This document shows, piece by piece, positions 45,924 through 57,870 of a stretch of DNA of 64,000 bases (position 1 is the stretch's first letter; every line of letters begins with the position of its first letter). The stretch is from Lama guanicoe (taxonomy: Eukaryota): the NCBI GenBank assembly GCA_013239625.1, contig MU053994.1:1615775-1679774 (forward strand), read 5' to 3'. The notes below the pieces were generated by a model. It made no database searches. It was not told the origin of the DNA and was given only the letters and a program-made list of their open reading frames with translations. The translations under genes and the position numbers were made by a program.

Positions 45924-46360
45924 TGTCTTAGGCAGAGTTCCTCTGAAGCAGACCTGGAGCTGAGGATCCCAGTGCAAGTGACTTAGGAAGGAAGTGCTCC
46001 CAGGAGAAACTGACAAGGGAGTGGGGGAAGCAGGAGGGGCGAGGGGGCGAAGGCAATCGCATGCGCACCCTTGGGCCCAGCTCTGCAGAGGGGAGCTTCA
46101 GCCCAACCCTGCTGGGCCCAGGGCATCAGAGCTGGCCTTTCACACTCCTCTGCCCCACAATCAGTGGTGGTTGGCTAAGGACCCCTCTGGGGCAGGGTGG
46201 AGGATGTCAGCTCCCAGGCGCTTCCTTTCTCCACATTGGCAGGCAAAGCAGCTCCAGCAGCCCAAGAAGCAGGCCTGCAAAGAGGTGCAGCCCACTGGGA
46301 GCAAAACCACTCAGAGCTGCGGGGAAGGGCATGCAGAAACGGTGATGCGGATCCAAGCTA
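45924..46360 (-). mobile_element. ERVL (LTR33/LTR16/LTR67-class) solo LTR
   Basis: tgtcttaggcagagttcctctgaagcagacc...gtgcaagtga...gcaaagcagctccag; related to the 17273-17715 copy. Confidence 0.6.
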
Positions 46361-46544
46361 AGGCTGCCAGACTTAGCAAATAAAAATACAGGATGGCCAG
46401 TTACATTTGAACTGCAGATAGGCAATCAATCTTCTTTTTTAGTATAAGTCTACCCCCATGCAATATTGGGGTTATACTTACACTGAAAAATATTTATCTG
46501 AAATGCAAAAGTCACTGGCCGTTGCATATTTTATCAGGCACCCT
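46361..46544 (-). mobile_element. MER53 palindromic MITE
   Basis: aggctgccagacttagcaaataaaaatacagg...agtataagtctacccccatgcaatattggggttatactta...ttatcaggcaccct. Confidence 0.9.
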
Positions 46545-47582
46545 TAGTTCAAAGGTGACAATGTAGGCCCTTGCTGCTCCTGTGACCAAATTTTGCGGCT
46601 GTGCACACGTGCTTTGCAGAACCACTGCTATTGCCCTGGGCCACCGCTTGGGGTATTTGGGAGTATTAGCCACTGTGTTGTGACTAGGGGCAAAGTTCTA
46701 GACTGAAAAGACAGTGGGGAAACCAGCATTATCTTGTTTGGCCCCTTTGACACCTTCTTCTGCATTAGTCTTGAGCTGTGAGGCTTACCCAGAGCCACCC
46801 TATTCTAATGACAGGGATAAAACCATGTCCGGGTACCCAATGTGGCCGCCCTGCTCAGAGATCAAGGTGCTAATGGCCTTCTGACAGCCTGGGCCTTGAG
46901 TCCTAAGCCAGTCTGTCATTTGGTCAGCACGACCCTTTCATTAAGTATTTTTGCATCCTTTCACCAGTCTTTAAATAATGAAAAGAGGGCTCCCATAGTT
47001 CTGGAAGTTGTCCTGATGGCTGGCAGGTCCTGAAAATAGGTTGCGATTGATTGATTGTGGTTATAACCAGCAGGTCCCACCGTGGGCGCCCCCGGCCCAT
47101 GCATAATATAAAATATACAAACAGCAGACAGGGAACAAAGCCAAGACCGTGGCTCTTTACTTTGATTTGCGATCAGCTCCTTTGAAATCCCCTGTATTTG
47201 GAAGACTGAGAATGAAAATGATCCCGCTTCATAGCCCTGGTCTCTCCCAGGGTCTTGAGACCTCTGTGGGGTGAGGAGACAGATGCAAAGTACACGTAGT
47301 GCTTGAGCCTTTGTGGAGGCGAAGCAGAGTAAAGGGAGGAGAAGGCAGTAGACAATTAGATGCTTTTGTGAAATTAAGATGTGGATTGGTTTAGGTAATC
47401 ACCTTCCAGGAAGTCTCAGTCATAATCTTTTTTTAAAATGAATTAAGACGTGGGAGGGATAGAAAATGCTTCTTGATGGAAAACCTAGGTCGCTGATGAC
47501 ACTGCTGAGCCACCGAATTACCCAACCCCGAGTCCTGACTGGACTTCTTAAAATGTAAGAGAGTACATTTTCCTTATTATTT

Positions 47583-47706
47583 AAAAAGAAAAGATATGAA
47601 AACAAATATATGTATGCATACGCATGACTGGGACATTGTGCTGTACACCAGAAATTGACACATTGTAACTGACTATACTTCAATTAAAAAAAAAAAAGAA
47701 AAAAAA
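47583..47706 (+). mobile_element. Young camelid-type L1 3' tail
   Basis: catgactgggacattgtgctgtacaccagaaattgacacattgtaactgactatacttcaat + polyA. Confidence 0.9.
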
Positions 47707-47867
47707 TCCCTCCTGAGTGATTCTAAATGCTCTTAAAGTCTTGCCGTATTTTTCAAGGGTATTTCCATGTAGAAAATTTAGGCATTTCATCGCCTAAAGT
47801 ATAAACACTTGAAAAATCACAGGATGTCACTGAGTTCTACAATAAATTGGAAAGGAATAGAAATCAT

Positions 47868-48585
47868 TGTCTTAGGCTGGATTCCCCTTGGAAACAGACC
47901 CTGAGAAAAGAATTTGCATGTCGTTTATTTAAGGGAATCTCTCAGGAAGCACTGTCGGGTGGTGGGGAGGCAAAACAGGGAAAGGAAGATAGGCGACAGA
48001 GCGTGCATTGCTGAGCCATGGGGTAACCAGGGCTGAATCCCAGTGTACCACGCTGGGAAAGAGCAGGTGACAGTTCTCAAACTATGGTGAAGGATTTGGG
48101 GTTTTTTTTTCTTTTCAATTTCCAAGCCATCATGGACCAATATTTTTATCCCTCTGTTACCTTTGAATAGACAGTAAAAAATAAATGACTAGAAAAATTT
48201 TTAAACATACAAAATACAAGCCCCAATTTAAAAAAAAAATTGTGAGACCCACATCCCCTTTGAAATGGTTACAGAATTTCTAAATACTTACTCTCAATTT
48301 TGGTCCTTTTTGCAAATCAGTGATAGACAGTTCCCAGATTGGCACCAGTCCAAAGACCATGCTTTGCACCTGTGTCTCAGGGTTCGCCCATGTGAGGGGC
48401 GAGGGAGCTGGGGTAGTTTATACACCAGTGTGTTGGTTGAGGCTTGCTGCCAGGCAAAGGTTGGTACCAGTTCTCTCTCACTGTGTGTACAGGCAAAAAC
48501 CCTTGGACAAAGATGCAGAGGAGCTAGAAGCTGGAAGGGTGGGGAGCGTTTGAAGGGGTCGGAATGCCACAGCATTCTGGATGTA
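47868..48585 (-). mobile_element. LTR33-family solo LTR interrupted by MER119
   Basis: tgtcttaggctggattcccc..cagaccctgaga; resumes ~48367 gaggggcgagggagctggggtagtttatacacca. Confidence 0.75.
48068..48366 (-). mobile_element. MER119-like hAT-Charlie element
   Basis: cagttctcaaactat...tttctaaatacttactctcaattt...ggcaccagtccaaagaccatgctttg. Confidence 0.7.
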
Positions 48586-48929
48586 TGTGGCAGGAAGGAA
48601 CCACGAAGCCTTTGGGCCAGCCTCTTCTCCTGCAAGGGATGGAGAAACTTGTCTCTGGGCCACTCATTGCCCCACCATGGCACTCAGATGTCATTGAGTA
48701 CCACTGCTGCCAGGGCTAGGGGAAAGGGAAAGGCTCTCCCCACTTGCCTACCTCGGCATTCTTCTAGAACTCTGCTTGCCTAGTCCCTGGCACCAGAAGG
48801 AATACTGCCAACTGGGTGACAGGTGGTGTCATCTGCAGCCGCTCCAACTCCCACAAGGATGAGGTCTGGCTAAACTCTCATCTGCCCGCTAATCTGCTGG
48901 GGAGTGGAGGAAAGGTCCGTGGATTAGCA

Positions 48930-49100
48930 CAAAGCCGAGGCTAGACCACAGATCTCCTAGCCTGCACCCACCGCGTGACCCTCTGAGGCTCTGTTTCCTC
49001 ATCCATTAAATGGAAATGCTAACCTGTGCCCTACTTACCTCACAGGCCTATTGTAAGGATCAAGTGAGATCAAGAAGTGAAAGAACTTTTTTGAAAAGTT
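48930..49100 (+). mobile_element. MIR SINE
   Basis: ctctgaggctctgtttcctcatcc...cctcacaggcctattgtaaggatcaagtgagat. Confidence 0.7.
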
Positions 49101-49209
49101 TAAAGTCCTCTCTAGCTGCCAACCCTGAGAGGGGCTCATTACTGGCAGCTGAGTTGTCCAGTGCCCTCAGCTTTCATAAGACAGACTCCAGCTCGACAGT
49201 GATTTTAAA

Positions 49210-49865
49210 AGGTCTCTGATTAAATTCAACCTAGGATCTTTTTTTTTGAAGTCTAGTTGATTTACAAAGTTGTGTTAGTTTCTGGTATACAGCATAGTGA
49301 TTCAGTTATACATGTATATTCTTTTTCATATTCTTTTTCATTATAGGTTATTACAAGCTATGGACTGAAGTTCCATGTGCTGTAGAGTAGGTCCTTGTTG
49401 TTTATTTCAGCATGGGATCTTGATTTGGATCCTGGATCAGAAAACGAATGCTATAAAGCACATTACTGAGTGCTTCAAATAAGCACTATTAGAATAAGGC
49501 CTAGGTAGTGAATACCAGTTGTCTCAATGTGAAATTCCCTGAATTTGATCACTGTACTCTGGTTACATAGGAGAATGTCCATGTTCCTAAGAGGGCCATG
49601 TGGAAGGATTTAGGATTATAGTACCATGATGTCTGCAACTTACTCTCAAGTGGGTCAGCCGTAACAATAACAACAATGACAATAATAGTAACAAAAATAA
49701 CATGCATTTATCTGTGTGTATACACAGAGAGAGAGCAAGAGAAAGAAGACAAAGAAGTAAAAATTTAAGAACAGTCAACTCCTAATGATTGTGTATATAG
49801 AAATTTATACTGTCTTTGTAACTTTTCTGTAAGCTGGATTTTTTTTTCAAAATGAAAGCTTTGAA
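49210..49865 (+). mobile_element. L1MC4/5-type 3'UTR fossil
   Basis: tttggatcctggatcagaaaa...tgatcactgtactctggttacataggagaatgtcc...tgatgtctgcaacttactctcaa...gtaacttttctgtaag. Confidence 0.8.
49241..49407 (-). mobile_element. Young cetartiodactyl L1 3' tail inside L1MC
   Basis: polyT + gttgatttacaaagttgtgttagtttctggtatacagcatagtgattcagt; TSD caacctaggatctt/cagcatgggatctt. Confidence 0.88.
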
Positions 49866-50436
49866 ATAAACAAACAGATAGATCAATAGATAGATTATCT
49901 CCTTCAAAAAAAAAGTCTTTGAACCTCTGAGCCACTCTAGACATTATACTAACACTGGAAATTTCCTGGTCCCCCATTCAGAGCTTACTGACTCATCATG
50001 AACACGGATTCCCAACGAACTTGGTTACCTGATTTCTCAGCTCAGAATAGAATTAGCAATAAAAAGGTAGAAAGAGGAAATTGCAGGCAGTGTGACAACA
50101 GAAGAAGTAATAGTTGACATTTGGATATTAAAAGATGGAACAGAAAAAAAAAAGGCAGACTCAGCTCTGAAACCTCAGTACTGCAAGGGATGTCACGATG
50201 CTAACGGCTAGAGCTGGAAAGGTCTTTATTTCACAGAAAAGGAGGTAAGGGTGTGACTTACCAAAGAACTCACAGCCAGTTAGCAATAATTCACTAATAC
50301 TTTGGGTGTTCTCTTTTCTCTGCTCTATGCTGAGCTTACATAAAAAGTGGGGTGGGTCAGTATCTCTGTTAAGGAAGACCGGAAAACACAAACCTCCAAA
50401 ACAGTTGAAAACATTTCATTGCTACTCAAAGAAGAA

Positions 50437-50928
50437 GCTATGGCAGATGCCCTCCAACAGATTTTCCTTTCCTCCTTCTCTTTTCCTGTCAAAGCCTTCC
50501 TACCCTAAGAGACTGAAACTAGCAGATATTCACTTTCCCAGGCTCTCTTGTAGCTAGATCATGGCCATATACCCCTGTGGGACCTGAGAGGGAGGATTCT
50601 GCACAGCTTCTGGGAAAGATGCTCCTCCCTGATTGAAAAGGTGTGTAATGAGGAACTCCTCTTTATGCTCTGTCTTGGACATGATTGGGTAAGGATATGA
50701 TGCCTGGAGCTGTGGCAACAATTTTGTGATCATGAGTAGACATGCTGACGATTAAAAAGAAATATTCTGAGGATGGTGCAGGATGGGAAGACCTTCAGTT
50801 TTTAATGACCTGTCTAAAAAGCTGAATTAACCAACCTTGAAACCAGACTTCTTGTTAGACATTCTCATTATTTAAACCACATTTAGTTTGCTAACCTGTT
50901 ACTTGCAACCCCAAGCATTCTTACATCA
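50437..50928 (+). mobile_element. MLT1J/K-type MaLR LTR
   Basis: ttcccaggctctcttgtagctag..ggccat...tgatgcctggagctgtggca...ctgttacttgcaacc. Confidence 0.7.
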
Positions 50929-51919
50929 CACTAAGAAAACATCTGTTTTCTGGAAACATGGATTTCTGCAGAGCCTCCCATTCTAGGCATGAAAAAAAAT
51001 ATGAGAGGTGAGTGCCTCTTGAAAAACTGCTTGACATGGAAGCAGATAACACTTGGGATCACGTTAGAAGCAGGTCAGCCTAACAGGAATTCTAATACTG
51101 TCAATACTTTTTTTCAACAGGATCTCCATACCGCTAGTTCCCCAAACCAAGCATCATGATAATCAAGAGGGTTTGTTAAAAATACAGATGCCAAATTTCC
51201 TTTATTTCTTCGGAATCAGAATCTTAGAGTCCACAAGCCATTCATTCTCACCAAAGACTTCATGAGTTTCATAGAGTCCCTGATGCCTTTACATCGCACA
51301 GTTTCTGGTCAGTGCCATCAGGTTGGCTCTCTCCACACTTCCTTATCCCTGAAACCAGCCCTGCCACAAATGCACATAGATTCCTCTCCTCTTCTCTTGA
51401 AGAGTAGTTTTCTCAACCAACTCAGCTTCCATTCCAAAAGGCTTCTTGAGATGCTCCCACACACAGACAGTCCATTCCCTGAGAGACATACTGATGAATA
51501 TAAATTCATCCATCTTATTGCATTGGTGAAAATCAGCGGAGATTGTCAAATATGGTCTCTAAGTAAAAGAAAAAAAGTGCTCTGAATTTTTGAGATAATA
51601 AGAAAAGAGAGATTCCCCTGAGGTGTCCTGAGTGTTATTCTTATTTCTCTCTTGTGGGTGAAATTTGGCCCGTGGTTCTACTGTGTTTTCCAAGTCAGTG
51701 ACTTCCGGTCTTTCCTAGCCAACCATGTGAGGGAATTCGTCTAGAGCCAACCAAGGCCCACTTCAGGGCATGGGAGAGAGTCGCGCAGGGCTCACTGTGA
51801 ACAAAACCTGTGGAAAAAGGGCCTCCAGCTTCCCCACCAGGGACAAGGACTTTGCCATACCCCATCCTTAGTGCTGACTGCCCTGTCTTCTTCATGAAGA
51901 AAAAAGGCAAAAAAGAAGG

Positions 51920-52440
51920 GTAGCTGGCTCACTTTACACCAGTGCCAACACCCTTAGCTTGCCTTCTACCATGAAAGGGCCTCAAAGCTAAAAACTACAA
52001 TCCCCAGGATCCTTTGTAGTCAGGGGTCAGGCACGTGACCTGAGTATCACCAATCAGTCACACTTAGTAAGACCTGAATGCAAATGTGGGCAACATGAGG
52101 CATCAGACTCAGGCAAGGACATCAGATCTTTCTGCAAGATTTGTGGCAGAGGCATCTGGCTTGGGACAGCTGGGTCAGAGCATCTGGTACCCAGTGCTGA
52201 GGGTCAAAGGGGCTGAGCTGTGGGCCGAGGGGTCAGGGATGTTCTAGCTAGAACCCTCGCTTGCTGTGGTTGTCTGTTTCCCGCTCAGTCATCCTGCCTT
52301 GCATTGCCCTGGATCTGAGGTGTCCAAGTAAAGGTCTTTGCACATCCTAAGGATTCAGTAGCTACTTAGTATCTCATAACAAATCCCTTTCTGCTTAAGC
52401 AATTTAGAGTGGACTCTGTTTGCAAGGGAGAAGCTTGAGC
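51920..52440 (+). mobile_element. ERVL LTR (LTR40/41/50-class)
   Basis: gctaaaaactacaatcccc...caccaatcag...aacaaatccctttctgcttaagc..agagtggactctgtttgcaa. Confidence 0.55.
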
Positions 52441-52494
52441 TATTGGGGAGGCAATTTAAATATTCTCCCAAATGAAAAAGAGACGCTAATGTCT

Positions 52495-52990
52495 TTTTTT
52501 TTTAATGCAAGAATTAAGAGATACAACCTCACCAGTAGCCCAGAAAACATCTTTGCACCCATTCCCAATCAATAACCCTCCAGAGCTAACCATTGTTGTG
52601 ATTCTTATCACTATGGATTAATTTTATCTGGTTTTGAACTTATTAATTAATTAATTAATTAACTAATTAATAGTAATGGAACAAATCATATATTCTAACT
52701 TCTCTTACATCTGGCTTCTTTGCTCAGCATTTTTCACCATGAGATTCACTGCTGGCCCTTCTTTTTCAATGCTGTGTCATATTCTACAGTTTCTTTCTCC
52801 ACCCTCATATTGACAGACATCTGCGTGGTTTCCAGTTTGGGGCCACTATGAATGAAGCTGCTGTGAACATTCTGCGTGCACACCTGCAAGTGGAATTGCT
52901 GGGTGGTGGGCTTAGGGCGAGCTTTAGCAGATATTGCTAAACAGCCTTCCAAAGGGGTCCAACCAATTTATATCCCTGCCAGCAGTGTCC
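52495..52990 (-). mobile_element. L1ME-type 3' fossil
   Basis: ggtttccagtttggggccactatgaatgaagctgctgtgaacatt...ggaattgctggg...ttccaaagggg..accaatttata. Confidence 0.8.
52641..52672. repeat. (TTAA)n self-complementary microsatellite
   Basis: tattaattaattaattaattaactaattaata. Confidence 0.9.
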
Positions 52991-53449
52991 AGGGCAAAAG
53001 ACTTTGGCAAAAGTCTTTGTCTACTATTAAAATAACCACAAAGAGTAGGGAAGTCCCCATCTACCAGGACTGATCATAGTACAAATGATATTGATTACTG
53101 AAAGTTTGCGATGAAAGCTTCAAAGCCTATATCTGGTATTCTATTGCAGAGACCCTGGGCTGGACAGGCTCATGTGGAAAGATTTTTGAACTTCCAGTAC
53201 CCAGACTCATGGCACAGGCAAGATGCAATTGCATAGAGAGAGAACAGAGCCCTCCAATAAAAGTTATGATCCTAAAAGGTCAAGTTCAGGGATGAACCTG
53301 TCACAAGGGAGGAGAAAGGGATTATTTTCCACCCTTCCCCTTTTATCCCACCAATTCCAGGTTAAAGTTCTTCCTCCCTCCATCATAACTCCTTACCCAC
53401 CCCATCCAATCAATCCCCTACTAAAGAAGAAAAATCACTGGGTGCTCCT

Positions 53450-53765
53450 TTAGAAGGGTAGACCCTGAAGTTGTACAGACCTGGGTTGGAACCCTGACCA
53501 CAGGCAGGGTTAGGGGGAGGCAAGCAAGGTGACTGGGTGCAAAATTTCAGGACCAGCATTTGCTCGACCTTGAGAGTGAGGGTCTCTTTACATTTGCACC
53601 CTAAGTCCTCACTTCTCTGATCCTGTTACTAATTGTAGATCTTGGATAAGTTGCTTAAGTTCTCTAAGCCACAGTTTCTTCATCTGGAAAATAGAAATAA
53701 TACCTACTTCAGAGGCACTCATCTTACAAATTGGTAGCACAGTGCTAACTAAATTCACAGCAAAG
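53450..53765 (+). mobile_element. MIR interrupted by a MER96-like hAT MITE (53501-53625)
   Basis: cagacctgggttggaaccctga | gggtgcaaaattt..accttgagagtgag..tttgcaccctaag | cttggataagttgctta..cagtttcttcatctg. Confidence 0.7.
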
Positions 53766-54463
53766 GCTCATTGAAGTTTATCTGTTGTTGTACTTAAACC
53801 CAAACCATGTTGAGTTTTGCTAACAATGCAGTTGTTGGAAACTCAGGTGACTCTCAGCAAAAATTACTGAAACCTGTACCTCCTCCCCCTCCCACCCCAC
53901 CCAGTTCTAGTCCATCCAGTCACGTGACGATCCTTTGCCTCAGTGTCCCCTGAACAACTCAGTTAAATTAAACTGAGGTTAAATTAAAACTTTGACCTTG
54001 GGTGGCTGTGGCCGTGATGGACATGGTGCAGCCCCCCTTCCCAGCTCAGAATCTCACATCTAACACTCTCAAGGTCAGTCTTGTAAGTCTGCTTGGGGCA
54101 GCTGGTCTACCAATCTTGGGTAGGGAGAAGGGTCCAACAAATCAAGAAGATGGCTCCCAAGGTCCTATTCACCTGAAAAGCCAGAAGGAGACCCACAGAG
54201 ACAGATGGATGAAATAATTCAGAGCTTTGGAGACACATTCCAGAATAGACAAGTGTTTTTTCCCGCAGAATGAAAGTCTAAGCACCCCCACTGTCTTCAA
54301 AAGTGAAGTCTTGTTCATTTCCTTTGCAGTCCATCACCAAGGTGTGGGTGAATTGGCTCATCGTGTTCTGATCATTTTTCTCCCCGCTTCCAGCCCAGAG
54401 GGTAGGGAAGATGAGAGCAACATCTTTTACACAATCCTGGAGATTCTCTCTCTCTTCCCTCTG

Positions 54464-55052
54464 CATCACATATTCATGGCATTTATGTGGTATCAGCAAA
54501 ATGTATGATGTGAGCTAGAATTTTTTTTCACTTTCATATGGAGAACTTGAAACATACAAAAACAGACAGAATTATATAATAAACCCCCATGTACCCATCG
54601 CACAACTCCAACAATTATCAATTCACAATCAATCATCTTTCGTACCCTCATTCCCTTTTCCCATCCCTATATTATTTTAAAGCAAACCCCAGACATTAAA
54701 TCATTCCATCCATAAATATTTCAGCACACATCACTAAAGATAAGGACTCTCTGTTTAACACAGCCGTAATTCCATTATCACACCCCCAAATTAATGAAAA
54801 TTCCTTAATGCCATCAAATACAGTGTTCAAGTTTCCAATCATCTCTGAAATGTCGTAAAAATAATCATGACACATTGTTTTGAATCCAGATCCAAACAGG
54901 CTTGGGACTTTTAATTCATCTTTACTGTTGTTCTTTTCTCCTCTCATGGCCACCTCTCTGGGGATGATTACATCATAGATCTAAAATTCCTGCCCCAAAT
55001 GTGCACATGGCTCACTTTGCTGATACCACATAAATTCCATGAATACATGATG
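54464..55052. repeat. Inverted repeat, arms 54464-54500 and 55016-55052, 515-bp spacer
   Basis: tattcatggcatttatgtggtatcagcaaa vs reverse complement tattcatggaatttatgtggtatcagcaaa (29/30); 34/37 when extended. Confidence 0.92.
54520..54900 (-). mobile_element. L1MC4/5-type 3'UTR fossil
   Basis: aacccccatgtacccatc...ttattttaaagcaaaccccagacat...taaatatttcagc...aattccttaatgccatcaaata...tgaatccagatccaaac. Confidence 0.8.
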
Positions 55053-55694
55053 GAGGAATCGGGAGGGGCTTAGCACACACTCCTAATTGTAGCCCATCAG
55101 ACTGCTATGTGCTGGGACTCAAACTGTCGACACATCATAAATTCACAGAATTCTCAGCAGGGGGTGGGGGGCTGGGACCCTTTTGATTGCAACCTCTCAG
55201 GGAACATTGTGTTCCCGGGTTCTCTCTGCTTTGCTAATTCAGCATCCATTCTGCCAGCACAGGGAGGGGCTGGGGGACAGATTTGTTTCCAGAATGGATG
55301 GTCTCTGCCTCCAAAGTGGTTTGGCTGGCTCTGTCAACCCCCACAGAGTTCCCGACCTCCCCCAGACACCCCTGCTCAGCCAGCCCAGTCGTCGGCCCTT
55401 CACACACATGGCCGACGGCCCAGGCCTCTGGAGTTGCCTTGAGGGCCCAGGCAACCACCTTCATGGGGACTGTGTTGAGGGAGGCTAGGGTATATGGGAG
55501 GGGTGGGGGTGTCTCTGGTGCTGCGGCACCCCCAGAGGGGTACTGTGACTGCAGCGAGGGCGCCCTCCCACTTGTCTTCCCATACCCGATCCTCGTCGCC
55601 ACCGCACCTGTACTTTCTGTGAATGCATTTCTGGCAACTGGTCCCCTTCTAGACTCTGGAGCAACCCCCTCCCCAGAATCGGGTAAGCCAACCC

Positions 55695-55845
55695 AAGCTT
55701 CGCCTCTCAAAATATGGCCCGTGGACCAGCAGCTTGTCGAAAATGCAGAATCTCAGGCCCCACCCCAAGCCAACCGAATCAGAATCTGTGTGTGAATAAG
55801 ATCCCCTGGGGATTCACGCCCATGTTCAAGTCTGAGAAGCGTGGG
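55695..55845 (+). mobile_element. MER5A-family MITE
   Basis: gaccagcagcttgtcgaaaatgcagaatctcaggccccacccc...gaatcagaatctg...tgagaagc. Confidence 0.8.
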
Positions 55846-57870
55846 ACCAAGGACAAGTTCCTGAGGAAAAGATGGCTGGGCCGAGAGCTGGAGAGCTGGG
55901 ACCGTCTGCCCTGCCATCCACGCCTTTCTCCCGTGCTGCCTGTGAGGACTGCTGCTTCTTAAAAATGTGAAGGCGGAGCCGAAGAGAACTGGCAACCTTG
56001 TAATCAGGACTAATGGGTCTCGAAATGGAAAATGAGGTTCTTCTCTGCCTGTGCCCAAGGGCACCGGCCCCGGCCCCCCTCTCCCGACGCCCACCGGCGC
56101 CCTCGGAGATCTCTGTTCGGGGAGAACTTGCTTTTAAATGAGAGTCAATGGACCAGGTCACGAAGCTGTCAGACGCAGGAATTTCTGGTGCTCGTGACTG
56201 TTGTAATTAAAATCATCCGAGTTGACTAAATTGGCCGAAAAGGAACCAGGCCCACATGACTGCTGTTCAAAGGGGAGTGAAATAGCTCCTAATTTGTTAA
56301 TTAAAAAATATGAATGCACTCCACACGGAATGGCTGTGCGTTAAATTCTATGCAGATTCTATTAGAAAACAAATAAGCTCTGTGCCCTGATTAGAGGGAC
56401 CCCGTTCCCCCAAATCTGCATGGATTTGGTCGGGCTCTTTTCAGAGGACAAATTTAGAACTGGCAAAGACCTTGCAGAGAAGTCAAATTCCTGGGGAGAC
56501 TTCTCTGGTAAATCAATCCGGTAATTAAAAAAACACGCCGATAGATTAGATCTGGTCTCTGTTTCTTCATCATACTGATGAGACTGGTTCAAAGAACAGA
56601 TATTTCCAGAGAGATGGGAGAGGCATTCTCTGCCTGCTCTGAAATGTGTCCACTGCGGAAACTGACAGCTTCGAGGCAGGTGGGAAGGCAGAGACCGGCA
56701 AAAGAAGGCTGAGTTATGGAGAAGGCTGGGGCCGGAGCCACATCTCAGTCCTGCTCGGCTCCCCTGTCTCTGCCCACCGTTTTGAATTCCCAACCCCATC
56801 ACTAAGCAACCATGGGTCGGGCTGCGGAGTCTCCGTTTCTGAGAATAAAAACTGGGTTACATGCCCTCCCAGGGCCCTGCCAGCATCGAGGTCCTGCCAC
56901 AACTCAGGCCCTGAGTGTCCCCGAGGCTGCCTGGCTCAAGCTCCCCTCCGGCACTGAACAGCGATTCTCCATTCTCCAGCCCGGCCCTCTGGGCCCAGCA
57001 CTCTGAGGCGGTCCGGGATCACTCATAGCCTGAGGCCGGATTTGCAAGGCGCTCTCCTGAGGAGCGGGGTTAATCTCCTCTGCCTCTGTGGGGTTCGTGG
57101 TTTCCTGAGGCCCAAGGTTTTCTCCAGCAAACACCAGAGCCCTGCTGCCGTACTCCCTCACCATCCCCGCCCCGCCTCCGTCCCCTCCATCAGTGGCTGG
57201 ATTCTGCTTTCCAAGCTGCTCGCCTCCTACCCATTTCCCTGTGTCTTGGGGGCATGGAGGCCATGTTGGGGACCCAACCCACAGTGGACATTTAGGCTGC
57301 CCAGAGGCCACGTGTCCCGGCACACTGGCCAGACGCGCCGTGCTGTGTTTGCACCTTTGGGCTGCTGCAGCCACCAAAGGCGTTTATAATGGCACAGCTC
57401 ACCAAGCTCTCACAAGCGAGAAAGTGCTCGGGGCCTTTGATCTCACTCTCTGCCCCTGGATGGGGGCCAATCCCACCCTCTGGAGGAGGAGGGGGGGTTG
57501 GTATGCTGCCGACTCAGGGCAGCGCCTGCCTCTGAGGGCCTCCAGAACAGCAGGTTGGCGTCTGCTGGGAGCGTTTTTCTAAAACAGCAACAGCTCAGGG
57601 ATGTGTCAGGATGTATTTATTTTACAGACTCGCTGGTGTTCTTTCAAGGTGTGGAAGCTGTGGCCTTGCCTTGATTGGAATGAATTATTTTAACGCCATT
57701 TAAAATGGGTTGTCAGAAAAGGCGCTGTCTAGAGGTTCTGCTCTTTTCCACCAAGAGAGGCGCTGGGGAACAGAGCGGTCAAAGAAGGGCACGCACTTGG
57801 AGTCAGGCCGACTGGGTTCAGATCGCAGCTCCACCACTTCCCGTGGCCGTGACCCTGGGCAAGTACTTAA

